Below, one piece after another: positions 32,230 to 32,339 of a stretch of DNA of 32,339 nucleotides. The DNA is taken from the NCBI GenBank assembly GCA_041745115.1, contig JBGTJM010000016.1, positions 1-32,339 on the forward strand. The letters are read 5' to 3'. Source of the DNA: Thermomicrobiales bacterium (GTDB taxonomy: Bacteria; Chloroflexota; Chloroflexia; Thermomicrobiales; UBA6265). Under the pieces are notes generated by a model that saw only the letters and a program-made list of their open reading frames with translations, had not been told where the DNA came from and did not search any database. Position 1 is the stretch's first letter. Each line of letters starts with the position of its first letter. The translations under genes were made by a program, and so were the position numbers.

Positions 32230-32339
32230 GTGGAGTCGTTTATACCACAGATCCGAATTGAGGCGAACATCGGTTTCTACCAGACAACCAAAGGTGCGCT
32301 GGTCGTCCTGGCAGGACATGATTTTGTTGGAGCGATTTT
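32230..32339 (+). CDS. 5' end of an unidentified protein-coding gene running off the window
   Basis: SD GAAGGAGG lies 5 nt upstream of GTG 32230. The frame is open to the window end (VESFIPQIRIEANIGFYQTTKGALVVLAGHDFVGAI). It is too short to appear in the ORF track. Confidence 0.4.
   Translation, partial: MESFIPQIRIEANIGFYQTTKGALVVLAGHDFVGAI

Noticed and set aside
32014-32319. 101-aa minus-strand ORF in the final intergenic region
   Set aside because: It has no SD and odd composition. It overlaps the hairpin region and the SD and start of the better-supported plus-strand gene at 32230.
1-32339. Mobile elements, prophage, defence islands, toxin-antitoxin pairs, DGR/retron components
   Set aside because: No translated ORF carries transposase, integrase, reverse-transcriptase, nuclease-helicase or Cas-like motifs. 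I noticed no terminal inverted repeats or long duplicated segments by eye. A computational self-alignment would be needed to exclude diverged repeats.

Overview
GC-rich bacterial chromosomal window with strong Shine-Dalgarno sites, frequent GTG/TTG starts and Tat-type signal peptides. The taxon cannot be determined from the sequence alone. It holds about 31 protein-coding genes, nearly all for transport or small-molecule metabolism. I found no rRNA, tRNA, CRISPR array, transposase/integrase, phage gene or recognisable defence gene. Layout: (i) 1-7961 holds mixed + strand genes: a 764-aa mosaic secreted protein, an allantoinase-like amidohydrolase, a Tat-signal protein built from ten acidic octapeptide repeats, and a PanE-family reductase translationally coupled to an EamA transporter. 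(ii) A minus-strand SDR + formamidase pair, a GNAT and an LLM oxidoreductase follow. (iii) The most interesting block is 12194-19853, an eight-gene tightly coupled operon: NgcE-like sugar-binding protein, two permeases, an SDR, two CE7 esterase paralogs (one with Ser->Asp at the nucleophile), a SelA/DgaE-fold PLP enzyme and RidA. I read it as a candidate undescribed amino-sugar catabolic route. (iv) Next come MntP, a GH-like TIM-barrel protein, a secreted PQQ-type sugar-dehydrogenase-like propeller and a DUF389 membrane protein. (v) A minus-strand OpuC-type compatible-solute ABC transporter follows. (vi) Then a DUF861 cupin and a ClbS/DinB-like protein. (vii) An MFS transporter and a group II PLP decarboxylase follow, with reading frames contiguous across a single TGA. 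(viii) The window ends with a structured ~320-bp divergent intergenic region and the start of one more gene. Two genes (the ABC ATPase and the decarboxylase) appear to lack a canonical start codon. All functional calls come from reading the translated ORFs for motifs. No database search was run.
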